Notes: generated by a model not told the origin, from the sequence alone. DNA of 63,872 nt, filler included, from Gonapodya sp. JEL0774 (GCA_027604505.1; 12 parts of 12 records of this genome joined end to end with filler, not necessarily neighbours in it), one strand, 5' to 3'. Positions 12,457 through 25,570 are shown, counted from the first letter of the whole stretch. Translations and numbers: made by a program.

Positions 12457-12943
12457 ACCCGGGTATGCGCGTCAAACTCCACAAAATCTGTAGGAATATT
12501 ACCATCACAGTCCTGTTCCACATGACGATATCCAATGCATGTAAAAACACTGCGACACCACTTGTATGATTGTTTGACATTCTATCGAATGAGGTTTGAT
12601 TCAATTCCCTCCTCCATGGAACGACTTTTATTTACGTTACTGTAACTGAATTTATTGTGACATTCGTGGGTGCAGTTAGCTTTATGTAAATTGCGTGGTA
12701 ATCTTGCTGGATTGGGATATGGCTGATCAGTGTACATAACACCGTGAGACATGCCAGTAACCATATCGTGCGGCCTCAGAACGCAAACTTACACAATTGG
12801 TTGTTTGTTTGGTAGGGCCAGCTGATGGCAAAAAATAATGAATTTCACTATGCCCCGGCTGTGGGAGTGAGGAGTTTGTCCGGTCACAGCCTGCACGTGC
12901 AAAACGTTCTTAACGTTGTTCTCTGTGTTAGGCATCACCAGCC

Positions 12944-15900
12944 ATGGCATCAAAACGTTTGCGCGTCAAGTACGATGGTGGTACAAAGATGATTCTGCTG
13001 CAGAGCGACAGCTTGCCACGGTCGTTCAGGTCGCTAGTCTCACTTATCCGAGCGAAAGTTGGAGCGCTGTCGTCTATGAACGGAGAGAATTTTCAGCTCT
13101 CATATCGCAACGGGTCAGACTCTGAGGACTACGACTTGGAAGATGATGACGATGTGGTGGTAATGTTAGAATCTAACGATTCGATCGTGATCACAGTGAC
13201 CACGGTGACCATGGTGAGAGATGCCATGCAAAGCAGCCTCTGAATCGCAGCACTAAATGTTTACGGGTGTTTGTTCCTGGGTCTAGAACTCGTCGGTGCT
13301 AATTGGACAACGAGGCCGATCTGACCCACAGGGCTCCAACACTCCTTCCATTCGTAGACCTCCCACTGGTTCCACGCCTGCCACTATATCTCTGTCAGCT
13401 CAGAAGAAGCTATTGTCAGACAAGGGAAGTGCGGCTCATGGAACGACTCCTCTCGAAGCAACTTTGAAATCACCGCAACCAACAGCTGACACAACTCGCC
13501 TCTCCCACCCATCGATCAAAGCTCGAACATCCTCCGTGCGATTTTCGCTCGCTCGAGGAGAACTGGGGTATTCAATCGTTCAACCACTGTTAGCAGCGTC
13601 ACAGGAGAGAGGGGCTTCGGACCAGCTTATTCCTCTCAACCAGCAACTAAAGGCTATCAACGATTATCGCGCCGACGCAAACGAAAAGGATGAGATGGAC
13701 ATATATGCTGGAGACGTTATTGTCATCGCACTCGTGTTTGATGACGGGTGGGGACACGGAACGAATGTAACTCGAGGAGGAGCGCAAGGCATATTTCCCT
13801 GCAATTACGTTCTTGGTATAGGTGAAGGTGAAATTGAAACACTCTACGGGGTGAAAGGCCCACCTGCGTCTATTGCGAGACCGTTACAGATTCCGGAAAC
13901 CATGGAGCGACCTGGGGAAGGTGCCTTCTATTCCCAACACGGGGAACCTTCCTCCCATCATTCGAGCGAGGAGCGACACAGGATATCAGGTGGAACCGTA
14001 CCTCCAACTTTTTTGAGCGCTCAAGTAGTCTACGATGAGCGCGCTTCGAGTCCATGGGGGCGGACCAACTCCAATGCTTCCGATCCCTATGGTATTGGCC
14101 GTACCCCCGAGTCTGGCACTTTGAACGAAACAGTCCCAATGCGGCGCTCTCAATCTTCTATCCCTGATTCATTCGACACATCAAGTCGCATTGAAGTGCA
14201 ACCCCGCTTCACCCGGTTCCACCCACCTTCCGATTATAATGCTCCACCAATGCTTTCTCCACCGCAAACACCTCCAAAAACCCCTCTAAAGTTACCCATC
14301 CTGACCGAACAGGAATCATATGATGTCAGAGCAGGGATTAACGGAATAATGAGCAGGGTACCACAGGCGCAGCAACATCGTAGTGAGGTTGAGGCGGCTC
14401 AAGAGCATTCAGAAAGACCAGACCATACTCGACCCTCAGACTTCACCCCAGCTTCGCCAACCTTAACTGCCAGACAATATAGCTCAGTGCCCGACTTCAC
14501 TCGGAACACAACCCGCGGTCCTTCCGTTGAGCGCGGACCCTTCTTCGATCCCTCCAACCCCAACTCCCCTGTGCTGGTAGCTCAAGAGTATTCAGGACGA
14601 CCAGGCCATACTAAAGTCTCAGACTTCACACCAACATCTCCAGTCTTAGCTGCTAGACCCCATGGCTCCGGGCCGGACTTCACTCGAAACACAACCCAAG
14701 GCCCTTCGGTAGAGCGCATCCCCCCTTTCGAACGTGGTCCTTCTTTTGAGCGAGGCCCCTCTCTTGAGCGGAGAGCCCCTTTCGAGCGCGATCACTCCTT
14801 TGATCCCTCCAACCCCGGCTCCCCTGCGCTGGGAGCTCAAAATTATTCAGGACAACCAAGCTATGGTAGAGCCTCAGACTATGCACCTACATCGCCACTC
14901 GTAGCTGCGCGACAATATGGCTCAGTGCCGGACTTCACTCGAAATACATCGCGAGGCCCTTCTGTTGAACGCGGCCCCCCGTTCGAGCGAGGCCCCTCAC
15001 TCGAGCGTGGTCCCTCCCTCGAGCGGAGCACCCCCTTTGAGCGTGGCCCCTCCTTCGAGCGCGGCCCCTCCTTCGAGCGCGGCCTCTCGTTTGACCGTGG
15101 CCCCTCCTTTGACCGCCGGCGCCTATCCATTGGCTCTGATGCCGGCTCGGTGTTGTCTACGACGGGATCTATTTTTTCTCAGTTTGCCCTCCCCACACTG
15201 TCGCGCATGAACGGTTCCAAAGCGCCTGTGAACAGAGATCATATGTCGATTGCTTCAGCGGATGGAAAAGAACACAGTTGGACATTTATTTGGAAGGCCG
15301 AAAATCGTTTTCCGGCGTTGGAGCTGTTGGGAGCGTTGGCGAGACCTGAGTGGGATGGACAACGGCAGTGGGCATACATCAAACAGGTGAGGCTTGAGTC
15401 CTCTGATTGTTATGCATGCAGATTTTGAAAACAGTGTGCTAATTGCTTTTATGTTGTCATTCTAGGCTCAGCATGATCCGAAAGAATGGATTCTGCGGTA
15501 CGTTCCAACTCTGGAGGACCTGTCGAGGAACCGAAACTTGGGTCGCGTACAATTTGTGAGTATTCACATTAAGCTCCAACTTAATACTTCCCTCTCATGT
15601 TGTGGATTTTTATCTCACGCACTTGTCCCCAAAATGCATTCTGCACATAAATTTGTCTACAAAGACCATCTTTTTCAACGACAAACACCTCTCCAACACT
15701 GCCCACGCCAAACTCCCGGGCAAACTCGCCAACCTCACCCCGGAAATATTTTCCTCCACCATCCTCGCCCGTCTCCGCAACACGAACGAAAAGCAAAACG
15801 TGCTCACCGAATGGGCCTGTGTAGAACCACCCGAAGAGTACGCCGGCCCGCGAACGGGCCGTGGGGACTTCCATGTTGGCTATGTAGTGAAGAGGGTGGG

Positions 15901-15967
15901 ATCGGAACTGTGTGAGAAGACGGCGCTGAGTGTGAGGGCGTGGGCAGAGAGGATGATGACGACCGGT
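12944..15967 (+). CDS. PB1 + SH3 scaffold protein with internal repeats, 3'-truncated
   Basis: N-terminal RLRVKY...LSYRNGSDSEDYDLEDDDDV (PB1 lysine and acidic OPCA motif); SH3 KAINDYRADANEKDEMDIYAGDVI...DDGWGHG...GIFPCNYV; introns about 13213-13286, 15387-15464 and near 15556. Confidence 0.82.
14395..15115 (+). repeat. Nested coding repeats: three ~60-aa units containing an 18-bp (ERGPSF) minisatellite
   Basis: AQExSxRPxxxxxSDF/YxPxSPxLxARxxxSxPDFTRNTxxGPSVER occurs three times; ERGPSF/L-like hexamers increase from unit 1 to unit 3. Confidence 0.9.
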
Positions 15968-16551
15968 NNNNNNNNNNNNNNNNNNNNNNNNNNNNNNNNN
16001 NNNNNNNNNNNTTAATTAATTAANNNNNNNNNNNNNNNNNNNNNNNNNNNNNNNNNNNNNNNNNNNNACGGGACGACAGTCGTTGTGCTCGTGGGGTCAC
16101 GTGACTCCGGCTAAACTCCCGCTTTTAGCCGTCGTCTCACAACAATCCATAGCGGGTGAACCTTTTGCGCTGGTGTTATTTATTTGTAAGCGGTCGAGAC
16201 TTCCTAATAGACGCTATAGGAACGAATCCGTGGTGCGACGGGTGTTTTTGCAGGCGCACTCACATGTAGGACTACCACGGGATTATATCACACTTTATGA
16301 ATGCATAAATAAATGGCACTAAGTCACATATTTTTTGCATGTCAAATCGGAGCGAATTCAATCATCGCGCGAATGTAAATAGTGGAAAGGTTACGTAGAG
16401 GACCGTAGGTGAAAGATATCCATGAAGGTGGGCTGATCCGAACGGGTTGTCATAAACATCGTTGAGACAACCGTGTTCGAAGGAGGGGAAGGACAGACGC
16501 TGTGGCCTGATCACTTTTCTCATTCGCATCCGTCACCACAGACTGCACACT

Positions 16552-19500
16552 ATGACCAAGAGAGCCGCACCAGAAACGACACAAAACCCGGTTGCGAAGA
16601 GACACCGAGTAGGAGATGGAAACTCGGACTATCGGACACCCACAGTCGAGGAAATCGAGATGTTGGCGACAGGAACCACGGCAACATCGAGCTTGTTCTC
16701 GCTCAAGGTGGACGCTCTTTTGGAGGCGAGAAAGGTCAAATACGCAAAGTTGCAATCACTAGAGTCGGCACTGAGGATACTCAAGGATGTTTTCGAGACT
16801 GCGGCCGCGGTTCCTGACAAAAGTGTGAGTTCGTCCCGCAGCTGAGCGTAGGCTAGGGCCTGTTCGACCGGATGGAGGGAGTGTGCAGGCTTGTCCCAAA
16901 GACTTCTGTGGTCCTGGATCAGTTTGCTCTTTTGGGACGCACCAATAGCATGGAGACGCTTGAGGGGTGCACGTGGTGGTTTACTCTGCTTTTCCACTCC
17001 TTCGTTACTGAACTCGATCCTTCTAGATTTCTGATGCAATGAAGTTCATGAAGGAACGGAGCATAGTCATCCCGTTCGCTGAACCTCCTTCACCAGACGC
17101 CCAATATCAACTGGCTTTCGCTCCCCCTTCACGCGTCTCCATCATCGGAAGCTTCCTTTTGCGAGCAAATATCAGAACAAAAACGGCGCAGAATGTAGAT
17201 ATGGCTGTCGAAATGCCAAAGGTGAGCCTGAAGGCAGGGCGAACAGAGTACTGCAGGAACAGAGGTGACCAAACTCCAACCTCTCCTGCTCCCGATACAG
17301 ACGCTGTTCCAGGAAAAGGATTACCTCCGATTCCGTTATCACCACAAGCGTGCCTACTATCTTGCTGCCTTGGCTGACGAAGTTCACCGTAACAGGAAGA
17401 AGCTCCCCGAATTTGAGATGCGATTAGCTGCTCCAGACGGGGACCGCTGGCGGCCAGTATTGGAACTCCACTTTGCTCAGAACCCTGCTAACACTCAAAC
17501 GAGTACTTCTAAAGGCAAAGGCACCAAAACGACCTCCCAGACTGCTGACCACTCGGTACCGAAAGACCACTCCTCCTCGTTTGTCCTCCGCATTCACCCT
17601 ACAATCGACCACACCACCTTCCCCCATACCCGCCTCGCACCCTCTCGGGACAACCTCCGCACCTCTACCACTACCTCGTCTCAACCTGTGGAACCTGCCG
17701 CGACCTCCCCAGGAGACCACCCCACTCCAGTCTACAACGCCTCCATCCTTCGGGACATGCTCCCCCTCGCACACCTCAACCACCTCCACGCCGCCATCAA
17801 GCTCTGCCCTGCCATGCTCGACGCCATCATCTTGGGGAAAATTTGGCTCCGCCAACGAGGCGTAAACGCGGAGCGGACGGGCTTCAGCGGGTTCCTCTGG
17901 AGCATGCTGGTCGCGTGGGTCGTGAACGGGCGCGGTTCCGGCTCGGGAGGGGCGGCGGGTACTGGGGCGGGCGCTATGGGTGGCGCCTCGGCACTGCAGT
18001 TGTTTCGAATGGTGGTCGAGGTGCTGGCTCACAGGGATTTTGTACGGGATCCCATCGTGATGACCAAGGATGGGAACCCCCTCGACGTGGAAGAGGTGAG
18101 TCATGTGTTCTCCCTTCAAGCGAATCGTGTCTCTGTATTGAAGTGTTCCTCGTGGTCCACTCGTCTTCCTCAGTTCTCACTCCCCCACTTCGCGTCAGCC
18201 TACCACGTCACCATCCTCGACCCCACCGGCCGACTCAACCTCGCCGCAAACATGACTTCCGCATCACTAGCCTCGTTGCAGCATGATGCTCGGGTGACGT
18301 TCGAAACACTGGGCAGGGTCGGTGACGACGAGAGAGAGAGGGCGTTCGACCACGTGTTCTTGGACAAGGTGGACGATGAGTGGCTCAAGTGGGACGCGTT
18401 TATTCGGTGAGTTGGAATGGCCGAGTTGGATGTGATTTGAAGGGAACGTGTGAAATGGGTTGTGACGGACAGTGTTATGTTCTAGAGTTCCGAAAGCGTC
18501 ATCTCTCAAATCTAAAGCGGAGAATCACGACCTCTACCGCGGTCCCAATCTACAAATATCCAACGTATCTTCCGTTCTCTCTCGCGCACTCAAAGCACGC
18601 GTCCACCTTGTAGATGCCCGAATCGTCGAGCTTCACCCGTCCTGGGCGATCGCGTCGCCTCCTCCGAAGCACCAACCATCTGTCACCATCGGATTCCTCG
18701 TCAACGCTGCAGAATGGTCCAATGTCATCGAGATGGGTCCTTCTGCGGATTCGGATCTCTTCGCCGCCGCCGGATCCTCCGAGTTTTCTCAGCTTTGGGG
18801 GGACAAGTGTACCGTCCGTCGTTTCCAGGACGGTGCGATCCGGGAATGCGTTGTGTGGGACGGGCAAGTCAGGAACTCGGCTGGTGGCGTGCTGGGCGCC
18901 ATGGTATCGTGGCTCATCAAGAAGCACTGGGGAATTGAGGCCAGTTTCCAACATTTCGACTCGCTCAACGACCTGTTCCGGAACGGCTCTATTTGGAATC
19001 AAGATGGCTTTCAAACGGTAGTGGACGCATTTGATGGCTTGTCCAGGGATCTTCGGGCGATCAGCGACCAACTGCCCCTCGGTATTCTCTCTGTGTCCGG
19101 CGCGTCATCGAGTCTGCGGTATGCCGCAGCAGCGATACCGGAAGCAGGAGTAAAGAACACGACGCCAATTCATGTTGTTTGTGAAATGGAGCACTCGACA
19201 AGGTGGCCGGATGATTTGGAGGCGATCCAGGTGGGTTCGATGCGCGCGCACACATTTGGTTCTGGACGTTTACAAAGTGAAATTGTCCTGCCAGGCTATG
19301 AAGCTAGCGTTATATGTCAAGATAGCTGAACTTCTTCAGAAGCGTAATTCGGACTACAAAGCGGTGGTCGCTACCAGTCTCCGGTGGCACGGAGCCCCCC
19401 AACTCCATCCACTGACTGGCGCTATTACTGCCTCAGGTTGCTTGGAGGTTACGACGGCGGGAGCTCTTTTGTTCCGGATCCAAATTTATACAGAGAGAGA

Positions 19501-20754
19501 GCTCATACTCCTGCAACGTGCTGGTGACGATAACAGTCGGCCCGCAGATCAAAAGGAAGCGTACCGGTTCGCGCTCGAATTTCACAAACGCCAATTTCAA
19601 TTGCGACCGCACCACACAATCTGCATCAGAAACCATCAGTCTGTTTATCCCGCGCTGGGACTCACCATGAGACTTGTCAAGCGATGGGTCGCCTCTCAGA
19701 TGCTTTCGTCACTGTTGAGCGAGGAACTCGTCGAACTGCTCTGCCTTAGTGTCTTCGTAAACTCGAGACCTTGGTCGCCTCCTGGGACGGGAGTTGCCGG
19801 GTTCTATCGAGTCTTGAACCTTTTAGCGACACGAAACTTTCAAGAATCTCCCGTTTTCGTTGAGCTTGAGCAAGGAAAAATGACACAGGAGCTTCTTCAA
19901 GACATTGTTCTTGCATCCAAAGAGAGCGCCAAAAATGGGACTCGTATCCGACAGGGATATCTGTCGGTGGCAACAGAGGTCGATCCGTCGGGATACTTGT
20001 GGTGCGATCCCGCGTGCACTTTGGGATGGTTTATTGCCTCACGCGTAGCGCAGCTCGCAAAAGAGGCGTCCAGTGTCATCTTGGATGTCGAGGGAAATGT
20101 ACAGGTGAGCTCGATGCGGACTTCCATGCTACGGTTGCGCGCTTAATTATTGTGTTCATATCCGATTGCAAGACGGCGTTCGAGTTATCGGAATCTGACT
20201 TTGATACGGTTATCCACCTGGATCCTCGGCACGTCAAGAACTATTTCCTGAATCTCCGGCGGAAAGAACTTCCCAGTCAAGCTCGACGGTACAAGAACTT
20301 GGAACTTGCTACAGAGAGGGATTTTGCTGCTTTTGATGCCCCCCAAGAATTCGTTTACGAATTGCAGGTTTGTTATCAGCGTATATTCGGGGGTGCTCGG
20401 ACTTATGATTGTTCCCGTATGATTGTTCCCATTAGGATGCTTTCAGAGAAAGTGCGCTCGTCTTTTGGGATTATTATGGGGGAGATCGCGTTGGGATTTT
20501 GTGGAATCAGCTTGTGATGAAAAGATTGCGCTATCGCACAACGAACTCTTATTCGACAGTTCCTGTTGTAGATCAGGTGAGAAACCCAAACGCAATAGTT
20601 TCACCTCACCAATCGGAATGTCACTAACCCTTCACTGGCCAATCAGAACGGCAACATGACGGGTGAAGTTGACCCAAACAAAATCGCGATGCTGGTCGAG
20701 ATTCTTCAGTCAGGGAATGGTGGTATAGTTATTGGTGCGAGCTCTTTCGTTTGA
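16552..20754 (+). CDS. UTP22: U3 snoRNP/SSU processome protein Utp22 (Nrap/NOL6)
   Basis: IIGSFLL...VDMAVEMPK/TLFQEKDYLRFRYHHKRAYYLA, TPVYNASILRD, WGDKCTVRRFQDGAIRECVVW, RWPDDLEAIQ, MRLVKRWVASQML; about 7 introns. Confidence 0.96.
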
Positions 20755-20834
20755 ATCATGCATTTCGAAGCTAGTCTTGGAACTCTACATTATTCTATTG
20801 CATTAATGATTGTTGAAACTCTGTACACTTCAAC

Positions 20835-21311
20835 TTATATACCCGATTCCTTTCCCTGCTTTCTCTTGTCCTTCTTGCCCCTTTCTGTAAACTTTCGTTT
20901 CAGGTCTTCCAGGGTTGGTCCCGTTGCTGCGCTCGGAGTGACATCAGCCGCAGGGTCAGGAATCGCTTCTAATGGCTTCTCAAAAGCCTTTTCTCGCTCC
21001 TTCCGCTTTTCTTCTGACTTGGCAGCCTGTGCTTCTTTCTTCTGCGCGAATCGTCTTGCAGCCTTCTCAGAGGGCTTGAGGAAGAACTCGCCACTTTCCA
21101 ATTGCAAGTCAATCTGAGGTGGCATTTAGTGATTTGATCACCGTGAGATGGTGTCCTGAACGTACGGTTTGTTGCGACCTCAAACTATACGCACCTTCCT
21201 GGGGGTCTGTGGAGGTGGGAACGGCGAATAATCGCTTTTCTCCTTCTTCGGCTTCATCTTCGGCTTCTTGGTTTTGATGTTCTGCTTTTTGAATTTGGGC
21301 AGGAATCGATC
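20835..21311 (-). CDS. KRR1: Krr1 SSU processome protein, C-terminal part (5'-truncated)
   Basis: DRFLPKFKKQNIK...YSPFPPPQTPRK/IDLQLESGEFFLK...KRKEREKAF. Confidence 0.95.
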
Positions 21312-21537
21312 NNNNNNNNNNNNNNNNNNNNNNNNNNNNNNNNNNNNNNNNNNNNTTAATTAATTAANNNNNNNNNNNNNNNNNNNNNNNNNNNNNNNNN
21401 NNNNNNNNNNNGCTCGGAGGTGTCGTCTGTGGCCTCCTCCGGTCGGGCAGGATTGCTCCGTTTGGTGGGGCAACTCTGTTCTATTATTGTCCCCCAAGAA
21501 CGAATCTTGGACATTTTCCCAAGGCGCGAATCCATCG

Positions 21538-22377
21538 ATGGCAGCGCAATCCCTCCAATCGCATCTCATCTACGCAGCACCACTCCCTGCTCCCAATCCG
21601 AGACGTGTGGACATTTTCCTTCGGGAGAAAGGAGGCGAATTCGCACGGATTCCCATTCAACAATTCAATCTCCAGAAGGTTGAGCAAAAAACACCTGAGC
21701 ACTATGAGAGAAATGTGATGGGACAGGTGAGGTTCTGACAGCGTTTTACGCTGTTCATGCTTCCGACTTTTAGCCGACATACTTCGGAATGCTGATGCAC
21801 ACAATCTCTTTAGGTCCCCACTCTTCGTCTACCCAATGGCACATTTATCTCTGAATCTGTGTCAATCTGCGAGTACCTCGAATTTCAATTCCCTGACGCG
21901 CCAGGACCGAAACTCTTTGGAGCTACTCCTTTCGCCACCGCCATCATCTCCCAGTGGATTCGCCGTATCGAATTACGTGTCATGAGTCATGTTGGTCAAG
22001 TCTGGATAAACACACACCCGGCTACCGTTGTCGCGGCGAAGAGGATGGGGATGAAACGCTTCCAAGATTTTGGGGAGGAGAGCAAAGCCCGCTACTTTGC
22101 CCAGCTGAAATGGCTCGATAAGCTTTTTGCCAAGAAAGCAGGCGCAGAAGTCGGGCGGGAGCTTTATGTTGCCGATCTGGATCCGGCTCTCCCGCTCGCA
22201 GATGCTATCGGTTTCTCGATGGCAGATATTACTTTGATATGCACCGTAGACTTCGCGACTCTAATCGGTCTGGCGATCCCCCAGGAGCTTACGGCTTTGA
22301 GGGCGTGGCATGGGAGGGTTACAGCGAGACCAAGTGTTGCCGCCGAAAACGGAAGGGCATTGAAGTTCCGTCTCTGA
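21538..22377 (+). CDS. Glutathione S-transferase, GTT2-like class, one intron (about 21727-21812)
   Basis: APNPRRVDIFLREKG...NVMGQ/VPTLRLPNGTFISESVSICEYLE...FSMADITL...VDFA. Confidence 0.93.
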
Positions 22378-22492
22378 ACAAACTATGTCAAAGAATACAG
22401 CTACGATAACAAAATATTGAAAAATACATAAGACTACGTGCCGAAATGCAATTGCGTAACATCAATCACATCTCTTCCTGCCACCAATTCAG

Positions 22493-24105
22493 TCAGACGT
22501 TGCCCTCGTCTGCCGTAAACCATTCGTCATCTTCCTCAACGTCGCGGTTCCGGATGTCTGTTCTTTTCGAGCTAGGCAAACGGTACCTACGACTCCTGGG
22601 TGGTGGAGCAGGTGAATTACTCGGTCCCACCGGTTTATCACCAACAGCACCAGTAGAACGCCGCCTGTTCTCGTCCTCCACTTCGACTAAGCCTACGAAA
22701 TTCACCCACGCCTCCACAGCATCTCGAATCTCACCCCACTTTCCAGAGAACCATTCTCGATGCATGTCACCACATCCACTGCAAGCCTGAATGCCCTCGG
22801 GAAGAGGATGTGTTCCACCGAGGTGCAAGTGCACAAGCCGTTCCGCGCGGTGGTCGAGGCGGCACCTGAGCATTGGATGCGGCGTGGTTGGGGAGCCAGG
22901 TACGTGGGGGAAGACGGAAACGAGAGTGATGGCATGGTGGCATCGGTTGGACCACTGCGAGAGCCTTCGATTGGGTTGGACTGATCGTCCGATTTTGAGT
23001 AAGGACGTGGTGTGAGGGGAGAAATTCGCAATACTCGTTGAGGATGTTGAGGAGGTTGAGATTCGGTAGGCGTACAGGTAGCCAGGACCATCTGCAGCTG
23101 AAACTGGTCGGATGAGCGCCTCGCGGCGGAGGAGATGGGCTGTTTCCGGAGGCAGAGTTGGCCGCAATGAGAGAAGAAAATCTTGTATCGAAAATGGCAG
23201 TCCGTTACTTCGAGGTGAACAGTGATGGTGGGCGAAATCGGGTTCTACCCACCGTCCACGTCGGTGTCATCCTTTGTCGTGACTCGTGTGGCGGCTGTAT
23301 CTACATCCAGCTCACACGCATTCAGCACTTCGTCATCCATTTCTGCGCGATGCTGATGGCATAGTAAAGGAACAGCGTTCGATTTCTCAAGACCCTGGAG
23401 CTTGACCGTGCGAGCGCACCGTACACCTGTTCGGTGACTTCGAGCGCTACACTGGACACTAGTCCCGGAGACAGATGTATGCAAGGGATTTGGTTGGCGT
23501 TGGCGGGGTATGGGCGTGCTCAGCGGTTTGAGGATTGGCGGTGGACAAGTTTCCCCATGCAAGCTCGTTTGCAACTTTAAAGGCTTTGCCTCAGGGCGAA
23601 GACTCACAGAAGACGCCTTCGGACGCCGCAATGGCGGTCCCAAAAGCGTTTTCTCGTTCTCCCTCGGAAGGCGGTCTTTTACAGAAAGTCCATTCAAGTG
23701 AGCCGCGAGTTCATCCATGCCATCATCGATATCGTCTTTGCGTTTCAAAGCAGGCACTTGGTTTTCTTTCTCCGCAGTAAGTGTTTCCTGGTGCGATATT
23801 CGCCATTGGCGGATTCTGGTGGGGGAATCCGAATCATCCGTCGAGTCCGATCCGAACGTATTCGAGACGGTAGTTCCACGACCAATACTCGATGCTGCAG
23901 CTTTGCGCGTTTCGGAAGCATTGAGTGTCCCACCGGTGGTTCCACCTCGTGAATCGTATGTAATCCCTTGATGGACATGGTACTTGCAATAGCCGCTGTT
24001 GGGTCCACGGCGGAGCTGGCGACGACACTTCTGTCCAGCCGTTGTAAAGCCACTGCACGTACGCGGATAGGTTGAGGACGGAACAGGTGTGTTTGAAGCC
24101 ATCAT
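22493..24105 (-). CDS. T5orf172/MUG113 (GIY-YIG-related) domain protein with two Cys/His zinc-finger-like motifs
   Basis: GYLYAY...LLKIGRSVQPNRRLSQWSNRC...RAERLVHLHL...CSGCGDMHREWF; N-terminal CSGFTTAGQKC...YCKYH and CSARSHRTGVRC...LCHQH; one intron near 23165-23250. Confidence 0.85.
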
Positions 24106-24339
24106 CGTGGTTGCGAAGCCGACATGGGCGCATGTTTGGAATGGAGCGTGCACGCCCAAACGCCGGAAGGCGGAAACGATCGACACAAGACAGCTTACAG
24201 CCATGCAGATTAGATTTCGTTCATATTACACCGTGAACAACTTATTACAGATCTCAAAACCTGATTACGCTTGCAGAAGATTACATCTCAGCCCAGCTGA
24301 ATCCCCATGATGACGCGCAAAATCAAATCGATACTCCTC

Positions 24340-25570
24340 TCACAGTCGAACCCTAGCTGCTTTAGTAGCTTTCGCCTTCTTCGTCTTCGTTACCTTCGTT
24401 GCCTTCATCTTTGCAGTTGTCGCTGCCATGGCTGCCGCGGCGGCTTGGGTGGTCATCGCGGCACTAGGAGCGACGACATTTGCGCCGGCGATAGGTGTCA
24501 CTGCAGATTGAATGACGCAAACGGAGCCGTTGGGTAGCGTCATCATGACTTGCGCCGGAGCTGCTTGGGGTGCGGTGGTAGCGGTGGCAGGGTTGACGTT
24601 ATCCACCACGTTCGCAGTGGTGGTTACAGCAACGGCAGCAGGCGCGGATGTTGGTGCGGCAACAGCTGCGGCAACAGGTGCAGCTGCGGCTGGGGCAGCT
24701 GAAATTCGCAAACGTGAGCCTCGAATAAAGAATTCAACCACACGAATAAACTCACTCCCGGCGATGAACATTCCAGGGTTCGCATTCTGCCATTGTCGCT
24801 TGTTGGCCCCCACGACTGTGAAAGAAGGCGCATGGTGATCAGATAGCGATGACTAGAGAAGATGCAGACAAACCCGTCATACTTACTGACTGCTTCCGCT
24901 ACCATTGCCATACCCGGCTGAACAGCAGCATCTGGAGTCCACTGAAAATAACAGAATGCGTTTCATGAAGATGTCAACTGACACAAGAAGATAAAACGAA
25001 ACGAAAGTGGCTCACCGTGAACGCAAGCATTGTCTTCGCATTAGCTTGAAAATGCCCGAGAGTACTATTGGCGCCGGATGAAGCTCCGCTCATCGCTGTA
25101 CAGTCTTTTCCTTTCAAACCAACGTTGGCAAGATTCGCCATGTCAAACTGTCCAACGTGCTGCGTTTGGTCAGCCGGGCGAACCCAGATGACTGGTGACG
25201 AACACCATGGTAGAAGATTGACAGGTTAGTATCGTTCCACATGGCGAGCACTTCGGATGACTCACTCAGTCCGTTGTACGACGCAATCCCAGTTATCGCG
25301 ACTTGATAAGCCGCACCCATTTGGGTTACCTTCATCGTCGCGGTTGGATTCTGCCCAGCTCCATGATTGTTCGTCATTCTGGGATAGCATGAGGTGAGCC
25401 TCGCTTTTGGCATGTCAGGTGGCACTTCACTCTCCTGGGCTTTCAACTCACTGGGCAGATGTGGTGTCCGCATACCCACAAACCGGGGCGCCGCCCTGAG
25501 GGAAAGCGTCCATGACAGTGGCAAGAGCAGCTGCTGCGATAAGCCCGAGCACTGAAAGAAGGGCGGGCAT
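24340..25570 (-). CDS. Secreted Reeler-domain protein with Ala/Thr/Pro linker and Lys-rich tail
   Basis: Signal peptide MPALLSVLGLIAAAALATVMDA, then FPQGGAPVC...NNH...YNGL/IIWVRPADQTQHVGQF...C...STLGHFQANAKTMLAFT/WTP, the Reeler pattern; about 5 introns. Confidence 0.75.

Noticed and set aside
14950..15115. Short periodic repeats as a CRISPR-like array
   Set aside because: In-frame 18-bp coding minisatellite with no unique spacers, in a eukaryotic gene
17424..19071. Long antisense ORFs within UTP22 (also within the amidohydrolase, kinase and 55461-56063)
   Set aside because: Shadow frames of real GC-rich coding sequence with no motifs of their own
21538..22377. GST as a bacterial HGT
   Set aside because: It has a spliceosomal intron and GTT2-like GSTs are known in fungi; nothing in the sequence alone supports transfer
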